Part shown: piece by piece, positions 9,625 through 19,021 of the stretch | Position numbering within the stretch: the stretch's first letter is position 1 | Layout of the letters: each line of letters opens with the position of its first letter | DNA from: Aulosira sp. ZfuVER01 | GTDB taxonomy: Bacteria > Cyanobacteriota > Cyanobacteriia > Cyanobacteriales > Nostocaceae | Direction: 5' to 3' | NCBI GenBank assembly: GCA_034530615.2 | Contig: JAVRCV020000025.1 | Coordinates: 161,453 to 225,452 of the forward strand | DNA length: 64,000 nt | Notes under the pieces: model-generated | What the model was told of the DNA's origin: nothing | Databases searched by the model: none | The model's input: only the letters and a program-made list of their open reading frames with translations | Translations under genes and position numbers: made by a program

Positions 9625-10863
9625 TTAGAGGACATAAGTAGAAAACACATCCTGAGAAGTTTCTCGCCGTCTGATTAGTGTGTACTCGTCCTGGATATAG
9701 TCGTAGCTAATAATGGGGGGATTGGGGCGAATAAATGGTGGTTTAAAGACGACAGTATAAGCACCCATATTCTCAAAAACTATATAATCTCCTATACCTA
9801 TTTCCCCAGGATATTCTTTGTATAAACAATCATGTTCCATACAAGTATATCCAACTATATCGATACTTCCTGAGAGTTTTTTGTGGTTGGTAATTTCTTC
9901 ATTTTTGTAAACTTTTAAAGACAGAGTTTTATCAGTTCCGGTTGGTTTGATGTTGTGAATACTACCCACTACTAGAGCAATTTGGCGCGATCGCACTGTT
10001 TTTAAACCTACAACTTTAGCTGCAAATTTCAACACATCGGAAACTACAGCTACTCCTGGCTCAATAATCAGTTCTGGGACAGAATTGGGATATCTACTTT
10101 TTAATTGTGGTGCAACTGCTGCGGCGTATTCCTGATAATTAGGAATATAAAAATCAAATTGATTTCTTAAATCGTCAGTCATCTTGCCAAAGAAACCACC
10201 ACCGATATCAAGAAATCTTGGCTGTTTATCCTGGAAATAATAATCAGTTAATTCCAAAATTTTCTGAGTACGGCGAGAGTATGATTCGGTGCTTCTTTCG
10301 GATGTAGAAATGTGGCAATGTAGTCCAGCAACAGTACAATTATTTAATTGTGTCAAGGTTTTGAATGCGCGATCGAGTTCGCCTGCTTCGACATCAAAGC
10401 CAAATCGAGATATCCGGCTGTTCCCGATATCAAAATTACACCTCAATCCTACAGCTATGTTCTGTTCTGGTAATCTTTTTGCCAAAGCTGTAACTATTTC
10501 AACTTCTTCTAAACAATCCAAGTTGACTATAGAACCAGCCAAGATGGCTTTTTCGATATCTTGCTGATGCTTCAGCGGGCCATTAAAAATAATTCTGGTT
10601 GGTGGTACGCCGATCGCGATCGCTAAATCATACTCCATTTGGGAAACAACTTCGGCATACCCTCCCATAGAATGCACTGTTTGGCATATCTTGGGAATAT
10701 AGTTAGTTTTGTAAGAATATCCCAAGTTGGTATTGGGATAAATTGAACGGAAACTCTGGAGAAACTCTTTATAGTTATGTTCAAATTGTCTGAGATCCAG
10801 AATAAAAAAAGAATCTCCGTATTCTTTTTCTAAGTGATGCAGTGTTTGCCAAGAAAGTGCCAT
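9625..10863 (-). CDS. Fold-type III PLP-dependent decarboxylase (diaminopimelate/ornithine decarboxylase-like)
   Basis: YSYKTN (PLP Lys), AEVVS, SRFG, HCH, LDIGGGF, EPG, GYTCMEHD, GAY. Confidence 0.85.
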   Translation of the reverse strand: MALSWQTLHHLEKEYGDSFFILDLRQFEHNYKEFLQSFRSIYPNTNLGYSYKTNYIPKICQTVHSMGGYAEVVSQMEYDLAIAIGVPPTRIIFNGPLKHQQDIEKAILAGSIVNLDCLEEVEIVTALAKRLPEQNIAVGLRCNFDIGNSRISRFGFDVEAGELDRAFKTLTQLNNCTVAGLHCHISTSERSTESYSRRTQKILELTDYYFQDKQPRFLDIGGGFFGKMTDDLRNQFDFYIPNYQEYAAAVAPQLKSRYPNSVPELIIEPGVAVVSDVLKFAAKVVGLKTVRSRQIALVVGSIHNIKPTGTDKTLSLKVYKNEEITNHKKLSGSIDIVGYTCMEHDCLYKEYPGEIGIGDYIVFENMGAYTVVFKPPFIRPNPPIISYDYIQDEYTLIRRRETSQDVFSTYVL

Positions 10864-10929
10864 TTTTTAACTGTTTTTTACTAAAGACAACCCATCTTCA
10901 TCAAAAGCATCCAGCGAAATCTTTGGCTT

Positions 10930-11955
10930 TTATACAGTTGCCATACTCTTGATTTCCTCCAGAGCATCAAACTTTGCTGCCATGAAGTTTGGTCGAACTT
11001 TCAGCCAATTTGGATCGGCTTCTTTACCACTTGCCCAAGCAATTAGTGCGGCGGGTAGATTAGCTCCTGCTTGATGAGAAAAAGGATAGCCTCCACCCAA
11101 ACGCGGATTCATATCTATGACAAAACAACCGTCTGCTGTTACAATTACATCGCAGTCGAGGCTACTAATATGACCAAGCTGCTGACCAATAGATGCACCT
11201 AAATCTTTTAACCGTTTATCATCAACTACGATCGCAGCATCTGTACTACCAGCTAGCATAGAAAGCTTACGTTTAGCAAAAGTAGTTATATAAGAACCTG
11301 TTAAGTTATTAATGATATCAAGACTGTACTCTTGTCCATACAGCTTTTCTTGAATGAGAACGCATCTTTGAGGATCTTTTGCACTTACGTCTGCCAAGGA
11401 TGTGCCAAAAATAAGCTTTTTAGCAAACTGATAGGCCATCTCCATTTCCTCATCGTCCTGAACGGAGAAAATACCAACTGAAGCACTTCCCCACCGAGGT
11501 TTAATAACTAAAGGGAATTTAATCTCTCCTTGGCTAAGTGCTTGCCGTGCGTCTGACAATGAAATATAGGTTTTTGGGACTGAAATACCCCAGTTTGTTA
11601 ATAATTCAAAGGTTGCCCACTTGTCAAAGCAAGTATCGATTACTTCTGGAGATGAAATGACTGGAAAAGTCCCAACTTCGAGAAAGCGATCGCGCTGTCT
11701 TGCCAACAAGGGAAGTTCGAGATCGAGCAAAGGAATTAACAGACGTACCTGATGTTGCTTACATATATTGACAATTATGTCAAAATAATCGCTATGTTTA
11801 ACAGACGGTACAACAAAACCCTTGTCAGCTTTTTGTAGTGCTGCTGCATTGGGATTAGCATCACAAGCCAGCACATATCCATTTTTAGCAAGTGCATCTT
11901 TGAAAAAGTTAATTAAGTCAATCCGACGACCGGCACAGGTAATTACGATATTCAT
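10930..11955 (-). CDS. ATP-grasp domain protein, paralogue of 8596-9609
   Basis: MNIVITCAGRR, VIKPRWGSAS, DMNPRLGGGYP; collinear with the other copy. Confidence 0.88.
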   Translation of the reverse strand: MNIVITCAGRRIDLINFFKDALAKNGYVLACDANPNAAALQKADKGFVVPSVKHSDYFDIIVNICKQHQVRLLIPLLDLELPLLARQRDRFLEVGTFPVISSPEVIDTCFDKWATFELLTNWGISVPKTYISLSDARQALSQGEIKFPLVIKPRWGSASVGIFSVQDDEEMEMAYQFAKKLIFGTSLADVSAKDPQRCVLIQEKLYGQEYSLDIINNLTGSYITTFAKRKLSMLAGSTDAAIVVDDKRLKDLGASIGQQLGHISSLDCDVIVTADGCFVIDMNPRLGGGYPFSHQAGANLPAALIAWASGKEADPNWLKVRPNFMAAKFDALEEIKSMATV

Positions 11956-12193
11956 AATCGATAGCCCTTTTGCGAAAACTTTTTGGTTTACTGCTTTTTA
12001 CCTTCTTTCATCACTTTGAGAAAAATTGATGATTTTACGTTACTGAGCTAACGAAAAATCAAGGTTTCAACCCAGTTGATGAAATAGGGGGTAAACCTCC
12101 AACATTGGTTAAATCAAAGTCTCATAATTTGGCTTCGATTATTATTTTTCGATAGTGACAAAATAGGGATATATTTTAAGTATTTTCTGGAGA

Positions 12194-12862
12194 CTAATTG
12201 CCCAGAAACTCTTCCATAGTGTCATGATTAGCTTGGCTAATCCCTTCTTTTTTAACTACTTTCCATGCCGTCAGGAAAAGTATTTTCAGGTCAAGCCACC
12301 AACTCCAATTATCGACATACCAAACATCTAGTTTAAATTTTTCTGGCCAAGAAATAGAATTGCGACCGTTAACTTGTGCCCAACCAGTAATCCCCGGCTT
12401 GACTTCATGACGGCGTGCTTGTTCAGGAGTGTAGCGCTCCAGATACCTGACCATTAAAGGACGCGGGCCAACGAAACTCATATCACCCTTGAGAACATTC
12501 CACAGTTGGGGAAGTTCATCCAAACTCGTTTTGCGCAGAAATTTACCGAAAGATGTTAGGCGTTTTGCATCAGGCAGAAGATTACCCTTGGCATCGCGCT
12601 CATCGGTCATAGTGCGAAACTTATAGAATTTGAAAATACGTCCGTTTTTACCAGGACGGGGTTGGGCGAAAATCACTGGACTACCCATACGGTAATAAAT
12701 AGCGATCGCCACAAGCAACAGTACAGGAAAACATAAAATTAAAGCGATCGCAGCTATGAACCTATCTAATATAGATTTGATTAATCTGCTTTGTTTGTTA
12801 GGGCAATTGCCATAAAATTTTTGAGTTTTCATAGATGTATCCACAGATTGAAGATTTGTCAT
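12194..12862 (-). CDS. Initiating phosphoglycosyl transferase (PglC/EpsL-like)
   Basis: [42 protein letters not shown]. Start codon uncertain (12832-12877). Confidence 0.92.
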   Translation of the reverse strand: MTNLQSVDTSMKTQKFYGNCPNKQSRLIKSILDRFIAAIALILCFPVLLLVAIAIYYRMGSPVIFAQPRPGKNGRIFKFYKFRTMTDERDAKGNLLPDAKRLTSFGKFLRKTSLDELPQLWNVLKGDMSFVGPRPLMVRYLERYTPEQARRHEVKPGITGWAQVNGRNSISWPEKFKLDVWYVDNWSWWLDLKILFLTAWKVVKKEGISQANHDTMEEFLGN

Positions 12863-12949
12863 AACGCACGAGTCCAAAAAATTTCACAAAAACCACTATT
12901 TTTACTGCCTTGTATCTTTTGCGTAGCTGTTGTCTGAGCCAAGTCATAA

Positions 12950-14167
12950 TTACCTGGCTTCTTTCAGATTGGAAATCGGTTTGGGAACGGCCAACCCTTT
13001 CTCTAATAAAAGTCGTACATACTCTTGATAAAGCGCATCCCAAATCCTTTCTTGGTTAAAGCTCTGCACAACGCGAGAGTGCCCTGCTTGACCATGTTGC
13101 TGGCGTAACTCTTGGCTATTCAAATACATCCGAATTGCTGCTGTTAATGCCTCTACATTACGCGGTGGTACTAGTGTTCCTGTGATGCCATCTTGTACAG
13201 CATCTATACAGCCTGGAATGGCTGTAGCTACAACTGGTAATTGCATTGCTGCCCCTTCTAAAGGTGTGTTTGGAAATCCCTCCCGATATGTTGGTAAGGT
13301 CAAGATATCCATAGCAGCATAGAAGGCTGGTGTATTGTTGCTGTCTCCAGTCAGATGGATGCGAGCATCGCTCTTCAGCCACTCTTCTACGTCTGACGGT
13401 ACTGGATCTTGGGGTTCAAACGAACCAACCATTAGTAGATGGAGATTAGGAAATTCGTCCCTTAAGATTTTCCAGGCGTTGACCAATTCTGTAATGCCTT
13501 TATCACGAACGATACGACCAACAAAGCCAACTACTAAAGCATCAATAGGAATTCCGTATTTTTGGCGCGTTGCGTGACCGACATCTGCACCTACACGTAT
13601 AGGATTAAATCGCTCTTTAGTATCTACACCATTGCTACTGCCTTCGAGCAAGACTTTGATTTTGCTTGGCGGGCAAAGATTTTCCGACACTGCTACTTCT
13701 CGTAGGGAATGGCTGACACAAAATACTTGGTGAGCCAACAGGCAAGATATTTTTTCGCTCCACCACAGCAGCCAGCGTTTGAAGCCCTTAGCAGTCATCA
13801 AAGGCAAGCCGCGCATCAAGTAAATCCGAATCGGTGAGCCTGCTAACCATGAACTAACTATTCCCAACAGCCCTCCTTTAGGAGTGCTGGCATGAACTAC
13901 CTGCGGGCGAATGTGACGCAAACACTGCCAGAGATGGAAAATGGCTACTAAGTCTTGTAAGGGGGTAATTCGCCGAGGCATATCAACGGCGTATACCGTC
14001 ACTTGTTCGCGTTCCGCAAATTTATGCAAGGCTTTTCCGGGAGAAGATAGAGCATGTACTTCAAAGCCTTGCTGTTTCATATATCCAACCTGACCACTCA
14101 AGAAGCTAAGTGTTTCTGGTACGGTTGTGATGTAAAGCAGTTTTAATGCTGGTGCATAGTCAGGCAT
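12950..14167 (-). CDS. Glycosyltransferase family 4 (CapM/PglA-like)
   Basis: HASTPKGG, GFVGRIVRDKG, YREGFPNTPLE (ExxxxxxxE). Confidence 0.9.
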   Translation of the reverse strand: MPDYAPALKLLYITTVPETLSFLSGQVGYMKQQGFEVHALSSPGKALHKFAEREQVTVYAVDMPRRITPLQDLVAIFHLWQCLRHIRPQVVHASTPKGGLLGIVSSWLAGSPIRIYLMRGLPLMTAKGFKRWLLWWSEKISCLLAHQVFCVSHSLREVAVSENLCPPSKIKVLLEGSSNGVDTKERFNPIRVGADVGHATRQKYGIPIDALVVGFVGRIVRDKGITELVNAWKILRDEFPNLHLLMVGSFEPQDPVPSDVEEWLKSDARIHLTGDSNNTPAFYAAMDILTLPTYREGFPNTPLEGAAMQLPVVATAIPGCIDAVQDGITGTLVPPRNVEALTAAIRMYLNSQELRQQHGQAGHSRVVQSFNQERIWDALYQEYVRLLLEKGLAVPKPISNLKEAR

Positions 14168-14202
14168 ATATTTGGGTTACTATTTATGTGGAAATTTAGC
14201 TG

Positions 14203-15213
14203 TTAGATTTGGTAGTAAGACCGATACCAAGCGACAAATCGCTCAACCCCATCTTCAATTGAAGTGCTAGGCTTAAATCCCACATCTTTTACTAAATCAT
14301 CTACATCTGCATAAGTCGCAGGAACATCACCTAGTTGAATTGGTAACATCTTCTTTTCAGCTTGTTTTCCTAAACAGCTTTCCAAGACTTCAATCAAGTG
14401 CATTAACTCCACTGGTTGATTGTTACCAATGTTGTAAATTTTATAGGGAGCTTTGCTAGTACCTGGGTCGGGAGCGTCTCCAGACCAGTTAGGATTTGCT
14501 TGGGGAATATTATCTGCTACACGAATCACACCTTCTACAATGTCATCAATGTAGGTAAAGTCGCGTCGCATTTTGCCATAGTTAAAAACATCTATGGGTT
14601 GGCCTGCTAAAATCGCTTGGGTAAATATAAACAGCGCCATGTCTGGGCGACCCCACGGGCCGTAAACAGTAAAGAAACGCAACCCAGTTGTCGGCAAACC
14701 ATATAAATGGCTGTAGGAGTGAGCCATCAGTTCGTTAGCTTTTTTAGTGACAGCATACAGACTGACGGGGTGATCTACATTGTCGTGAACAGAAAAGGGC
14801 ATTTTGGTATTAGCACCATAGACAGAACTAGAAGATGCAAATACCAGGTGTTGTACGCCTGAGTGGCGACAACCTTCCAAAATGTTGATAAAGCCAACGA
14901 GGTTGCTGTCTACATAAGCATGGGGATTTTTCAGGGAGTAACGCACACCAGCCTGAGCTGCTAGGTTGATGACAACATCAAATTTTTGCTGTGTAAATAA
15001 TTGGGCTATGCCTTGGCGATCTGCTAAGTCTAGTTGATGAAAACTAAAACCTGGTTTTCCCTCTAGCTGGGCTAAACGGTCTTTCTTGAGAAAGACATCG
15101 TAGTAATCATTCAGGTTATCTAACCCAACAACTTCGTCTCCTCTATTTAGCAAGCGTTGGCACACATGAAAGCCAATAAAGCCAGCAGCACCAGTAACTA
15201 AAAATCTGACCAT
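14203..15213 (-). CDS. NAD-dependent UDP-uronate 4-epimerase (Uge/CapI-like)
   Basis: [40 protein letters not shown]. Confidence 0.92.
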   Translation of the reverse strand: MVRFLVTGAAGFIGFHVCQRLLNRGDEVVGLDNLNDYYDVFLKKDRLAQLEGKPGFSFHQLDLADRQGIAQLFTQQKFDVVINLAAQAGVRYSLKNPHAYVDSNLVGFINILEGCRHSGVQHLVFASSSSVYGANTKMPFSVHDNVDHPVSLYAVTKKANELMAHSYSHLYGLPTTGLRFFTVYGPWGRPDMALFIFTQAILAGQPIDVFNYGKMRRDFTYIDDIVEGVIRVADNIPQANPNWSGDAPDPGTSKAPYKIYNIGNNQPVELMHLIEVLESCLGKQAEKKMLPIQLGDVPATYADVDDLVKDVGFKPSTSIEDGVERFVAWYRSYYQI

Positions 15214-15222
15214 AAGATTTTC

Positions 15223-16503
15223 CTATAAGCTTGAGTAATAAATGTTTGCTGGCACAGTCGCAGGGTCAATCACAGATTTGACATCCATCAAAACTCCACC
15301 GGGACGAAGTTGACCAAGCAACTGTTGGTAAGGCATATCCAAATAGGCTTGATGAGGAACACCTAAGACAATCCCATCTAGATTAGTTAATTCCTGCCAG
15401 TCCGCAAGTTGAATCCCGTATTCATGTTGAGTTTCATGCCGATCAGCTAAGGGATCGTGGATGAGAGGATAAATCCCAAATTGCTGCAACTCGACAACGA
15501 TATCTGGAATGCGGCTATTTCTGACATCGGGTACGTTTTCTTTAAAGGTTAATCCGAGAATTGCTATCCGTGCGCCTTTAATAGATTGGTCAGCTTTCAC
15601 TAAAAGTTTCACAAGGCGTTGAGCAATATGAATTCCCATCAGGTCATTGATCCGACGACCAGCGAGCATAACTTCAGGATGATATCCTAATTCTTCTGCC
15701 TTGGTCGTGAGATAGTAAGGATCGACGCCAATGCAGTGACCACCGACTAGTCCTGGGGTAAAGGGCAAAAAGTTCCATTTGGTCTTTGCTGCTGCTAGAA
15801 CATCATGGGTGCGGATACTTAGGCGATCGCAAATCAGGGCTAATTCATTCATCAAAGCAATGTTTAAGTCCCGTTGGGTATTCTCAATTGCTTTGGCTGT
15901 CTCTGCTACCTTGATCGAAGAGGCGCGGTAAACACCGGCGTCCACAATAGTTGCGTAAACTCTCGCTACCCTTTCTAAGGTTTCAGCATCTTCCCCAGCC
16001 ACTACTTTGACAATTTTTTCCAATGTGTGATTTTTATCACCGGGATTAATTCGTTCTGGAGAGTAGCCCAATTTGAAATCAACACCTTGCTTTAAACCGG
16101 ATACTTTCTCCAAGGTCGGCCCGCAAATTTCCTCTGTCACCCCTGGATAAACTGTGGATTCATACACCACTACTGCCCCAGGCTGTAATACTTTGCCAAT
16201 CAGTTCCGATGCCTTCACTAGAAAGGATAGGTCTGGGCGATGGTTGCGATCGACTGGCGTTGGTACAGCCACAACGAAAAAGTTAATATCTTCTAAATCG
16301 TAGAGATCGGCAGTGATCCTCAGATTAGTGTGCTTCAACTCATCGCTAGATACTTCCCCCGTAGTATCAATGCCTTGCTTCAGTCTTGTCACTTTTTCGA
16401 TGTTGACATCAAACCCAACAGTGTGAGGGAATTTCTTAGCAAATGCTAAGGCAACAGGTAAGCCAACATAACCAAGACCAATAACTGCTATTTTTTCGCT
16501 CAT
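15223..16503 (-). CDS. UDP-N-acetylhexosamine 6-dehydrogenase (WbpO/TviB-like)
   Basis: IGLGYVGLP, YESTVYPG, SPERINPGD, GGHCIGVDP. Confidence 0.92.
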   Translation of the reverse strand: MSEKIAVIGLGYVGLPVALAFAKKFPHTVGFDVNIEKVTRLKQGIDTTGEVSSDELKHTNLRITADLYDLEDINFFVVAVPTPVDRNHRPDLSFLVKASELIGKVLQPGAVVVYESTVYPGVTEEICGPTLEKVSGLKQGVDFKLGYSPERINPGDKNHTLEKIVKVVAGEDAETLERVARVYATIVDAGVYRASSIKVAETAKAIENTQRDLNIALMNELALICDRLSIRTHDVLAAAKTKWNFLPFTPGLVGGHCIGVDPYYLTTKAEELGYHPEVMLAGRRINDLMGIHIAQRLVKLLVKADQSIKGARIAILGLTFKENVPDVRNSRIPDIVVELQQFGIYPLIHDPLADRHETQHEYGIQLADWQELTNLDGIVLGVPHQAYLDMPYQQLLGQLRPGGVLMDVKSVIDPATVPANIYYSSL

Positions 16504-16677
16504 ATATTTCCTCACAAATCACTAAGTTATTTAACATTTTTCATAAATGAAAAATGTATTACAAAAAAATTAAAGTATGATTGAAATTGCCTTGGGCACT
16601 GCGCCAATCAAAATCTAGAAACCACTCAAATATTCATTTCTATTCAGAGTGGACTATTATAAAAATGAGCTAATCGC

Positions 16678-16902
16678 CTACTTCCTCTGCATCAAAGGAA
16701 TATCAGTTCTTGACCGCGCCAGATGATTGCGTTGATATTCTGGCTGTAAACAAAAGCGCCAATAGTCATTTCCATCATCACTAACGTCAAAGAGACGATG
16801 GTGTAAAACTGCCTCAGCACCGTCAAGGCTACAAATAACACCAGTAATATCCTGAAATACTTCTAAGATTAATATGTCTTCATTCGTGGTAGATGCTTGC
16901 AT
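16678..16902 (-). CDS. Hypothetical small protein
   Basis: 74-aa ORF co-oriented with the cluster; no recognisable motif. Confidence 0.3.
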   Translation of the reverse strand: MQASTTNEDILILEVFQDITGVICSLDGAEAVLHHRLFDVSDDGNDYWRFCLQPEYQRNHLARSRTDIPLMQRK

Positions 16903-17303
16903 ACGTCTTGGCTATCCTTTGCTGCTGTTGTTGGTTTGGAAGTCTGTTGTGATTACCCTGATACTCTGTTTTTATCTTGCATAACCAGGCTCAAATTTGT
17001 AATACTTACGCATTGGCTGGATTTTTTAATATAGACTTTGAATTTTATAGTTAACATTTCGAGTCATAATAGATTTTTGATTTCGAGATATTTCTTTACA
17101 ATCTTGATGAATTAGCACTTAAATTTAAGTGACGAAACTATTAAAATTAACAGCAAGATTTAGTAATTGTTATTTTAGTTGTTCATGATTTAACCTAGCT
17201 AGCAGTTTCTTAAAAATTTTGCAAAGATATCATATTTTTTCCTCATACAAATTTAACAAATTTTGGTACCATAATAATTTCCTTAACTTCCTGCTGTTGA
17301 GGT

Positions 17304-18932
17304 TTATTTCCGCGAAAGCCTTTCTATCTCTTCGCCCAATTGCCTTCGGACAGATTCCAAGACGTTTGGATCGCGTGTCCAATTCTTCCAATCACGACCG
17401 ACTTTTTGAGTTACTCCGAGTACCCATTTCTGGCGGCCAAGTTTTTTAAGTATCTCGATATATTCGTAATCTTCTACCCCTTCCCTCACCCACTTGAGTC
17501 GCATGGAAGGTACAACGCCTTTGACACCTACCTGTTTGCCAGGATAGACTAACATTCCTTCACCAGGATAATAGTCATCCTTGTCAGAATGAGTTTGAAC
17601 ATCTTTCCAGGGTTGTTTTGTCCACAAATCAACTTGCCAGTATAAAACTCCTGTTAACCCAAGACTTTGATTAATAAAGCCGTGAGGAATTCTATAATTT
17701 ATGGGTTGAAAATCTATTTGCCATTTAGGAGAGTAACCCTCTTGTACCAAAGCGTTGTAAAACCAGACTTTATCTCCTTTTTGTAAAACCTCAGATATTC
17801 GCTTGGGAGCCGCATTGTACATCGCTGGCAATACTACCCAGATGTCTACAGCAGAACGTCCAGTACCAGAACCATCATCATACAGAGCAGGTTTTGGGGC
17901 CATTGCTATAACAGTTGAAATTCCTGCTTTGTGAAAATTTCGTGCCCACTGCTTGACTGGTTCAATCAGATTTGAGCATTTATCAATCTCATCGGCATAC
18001 CTAGCGAACAGCAACAGATCTGATTGATGTATGCTGGCAGATTTGCGGATCTCATCTACAGAAGGAGGTGGCTTCATTGCGCACTGCTTGAGATCGGCTC
18101 CACTCCAGAAAGGAAGACGCAGGGAGCGTAATCCCCATTTATCAATCAGCTCGCGCTGATCTTGTGGATCTACCCTTGAAGGCATGATTTTGTGTTTTAG
18201 CAGTTCCACCATAGCGCTCTTAGTTTTTTCTTCCCAGAAAGCAAAGGAAGAATTGAGTGATGGCTTAAGAGGTAACTGAAAATTCCAAACCTGCAACAGA
18301 ATTTTGCCTGTCGTCACTCCTCGATTGCTGCTAATCGTGAAAGTACCCTGATATTTACCAGGGCTAGCATTGCGGGGTACAAACACATCTACCCAAATTG
18401 GTTGGTTATTCCCAGCTTTCAGGTTGAATGGAACTGCGTCTAACTCAAAACCTTTGAGATTGGCTTGAGTTTCAGGATTAACAAATGGAATTAGTCCATC
18501 AGCATACCATCCCGAACCCAAAGGTTGGTTGTTACTGCCTCTCTGCTTAGGACTCGACTGACTAACGTAAACGTAATGTTCTCGGTAGAGAGTAATGTTG
18601 TTCTTGGCAATTATTTGATTGTTGGGGCCAGACAAATCTGAGACTGAAACATTCACATTTGTGAGATCGCTATTTGATGCTCGAATACCAATCTGAAATG
18701 GTTCGTATTCACCTCGAGCTGCATAAAGCTGAATCTCGGTTGAACTCCCTGGCCGCTCGTCTTTTCCTATCCTTTGTAGACCTGAAGTCACCCAGACTAT
18801 AGGAGTTGTTGAAGAGTTTGCTAATAGCTTTACACTTGAACAAGCATATAAAGCCAATACTGTTCCTAGTAGGCAGATGATAATTTTATATTTGCTAATT
18901 GCTCTTGTATTTATTTTAAAAATAAGAGACAT
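17304..18932 (-). CDS. DUF4091 / GH123-like exported glycoside hydrolase, possible lipoprotein
   Basis: Hydrophobic N-terminus with ALYAC; ARGEYEPFQI, PIWVDVFVP, YADE, GEGMLVYPG, SMRLKWVREGVEDYEY. Confidence 0.75.
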   Translation of the reverse strand: MSLIFKINTRAISKYKIIICLLGTVLALYACSSVKLLANSSTTPIVWVTSGLQRIGKDERPGSSTEIQLYAARGEYEPFQIGIRASNSDLTNVNVSVSDLSGPNNQIIAKNNITLYREHYVYVSQSSPKQRGSNNQPLGSGWYADGLIPFVNPETQANLKGFELDAVPFNLKAGNNQPIWVDVFVPRNASPGKYQGTFTISSNRGVTTGKILLQVWNFQLPLKPSLNSSFAFWEEKTKSAMVELLKHKIMPSRVDPQDQRELIDKWGLRSLRLPFWSGADLKQCAMKPPPSVDEIRKSASIHQSDLLLFARYADEIDKCSNLIEPVKQWARNFHKAGISTVIAMAPKPALYDDGSGTGRSAVDIWVVLPAMYNAAPKRISEVLQKGDKVWFYNALVQEGYSPKWQIDFQPINYRIPHGFINQSLGLTGVLYWQVDLWTKQPWKDVQTHSDKDDYYPGEGMLVYPGKQVGVKGVVPSMRLKWVREGVEDYEYIEILKKLGRQKWVLGVTQKVGRDWKNWTRDPNVLESVRRQLGEEIERLSRK

Positions 18933-19021
18933 TTTAAATTATCCTAATGATGCTTCAAGAAACTAGAATCAGTAAAAATGTTGTAAAAAGGTTTATTTTT
19001 ATAAGTTGCTAATTTTTTCAG

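Noticed and set aside
9625..10863. Calling this gene lysA
   Set aside because: Motifs diverge from housekeeping LysA (no HIGS) and the context is polysaccharide tailoring.
16903..17013. Upstream extension of the 74-aa ORF as a pseudogene
   Set aside because: Two in-frame stops and no recognisable homology; cannot be supported.
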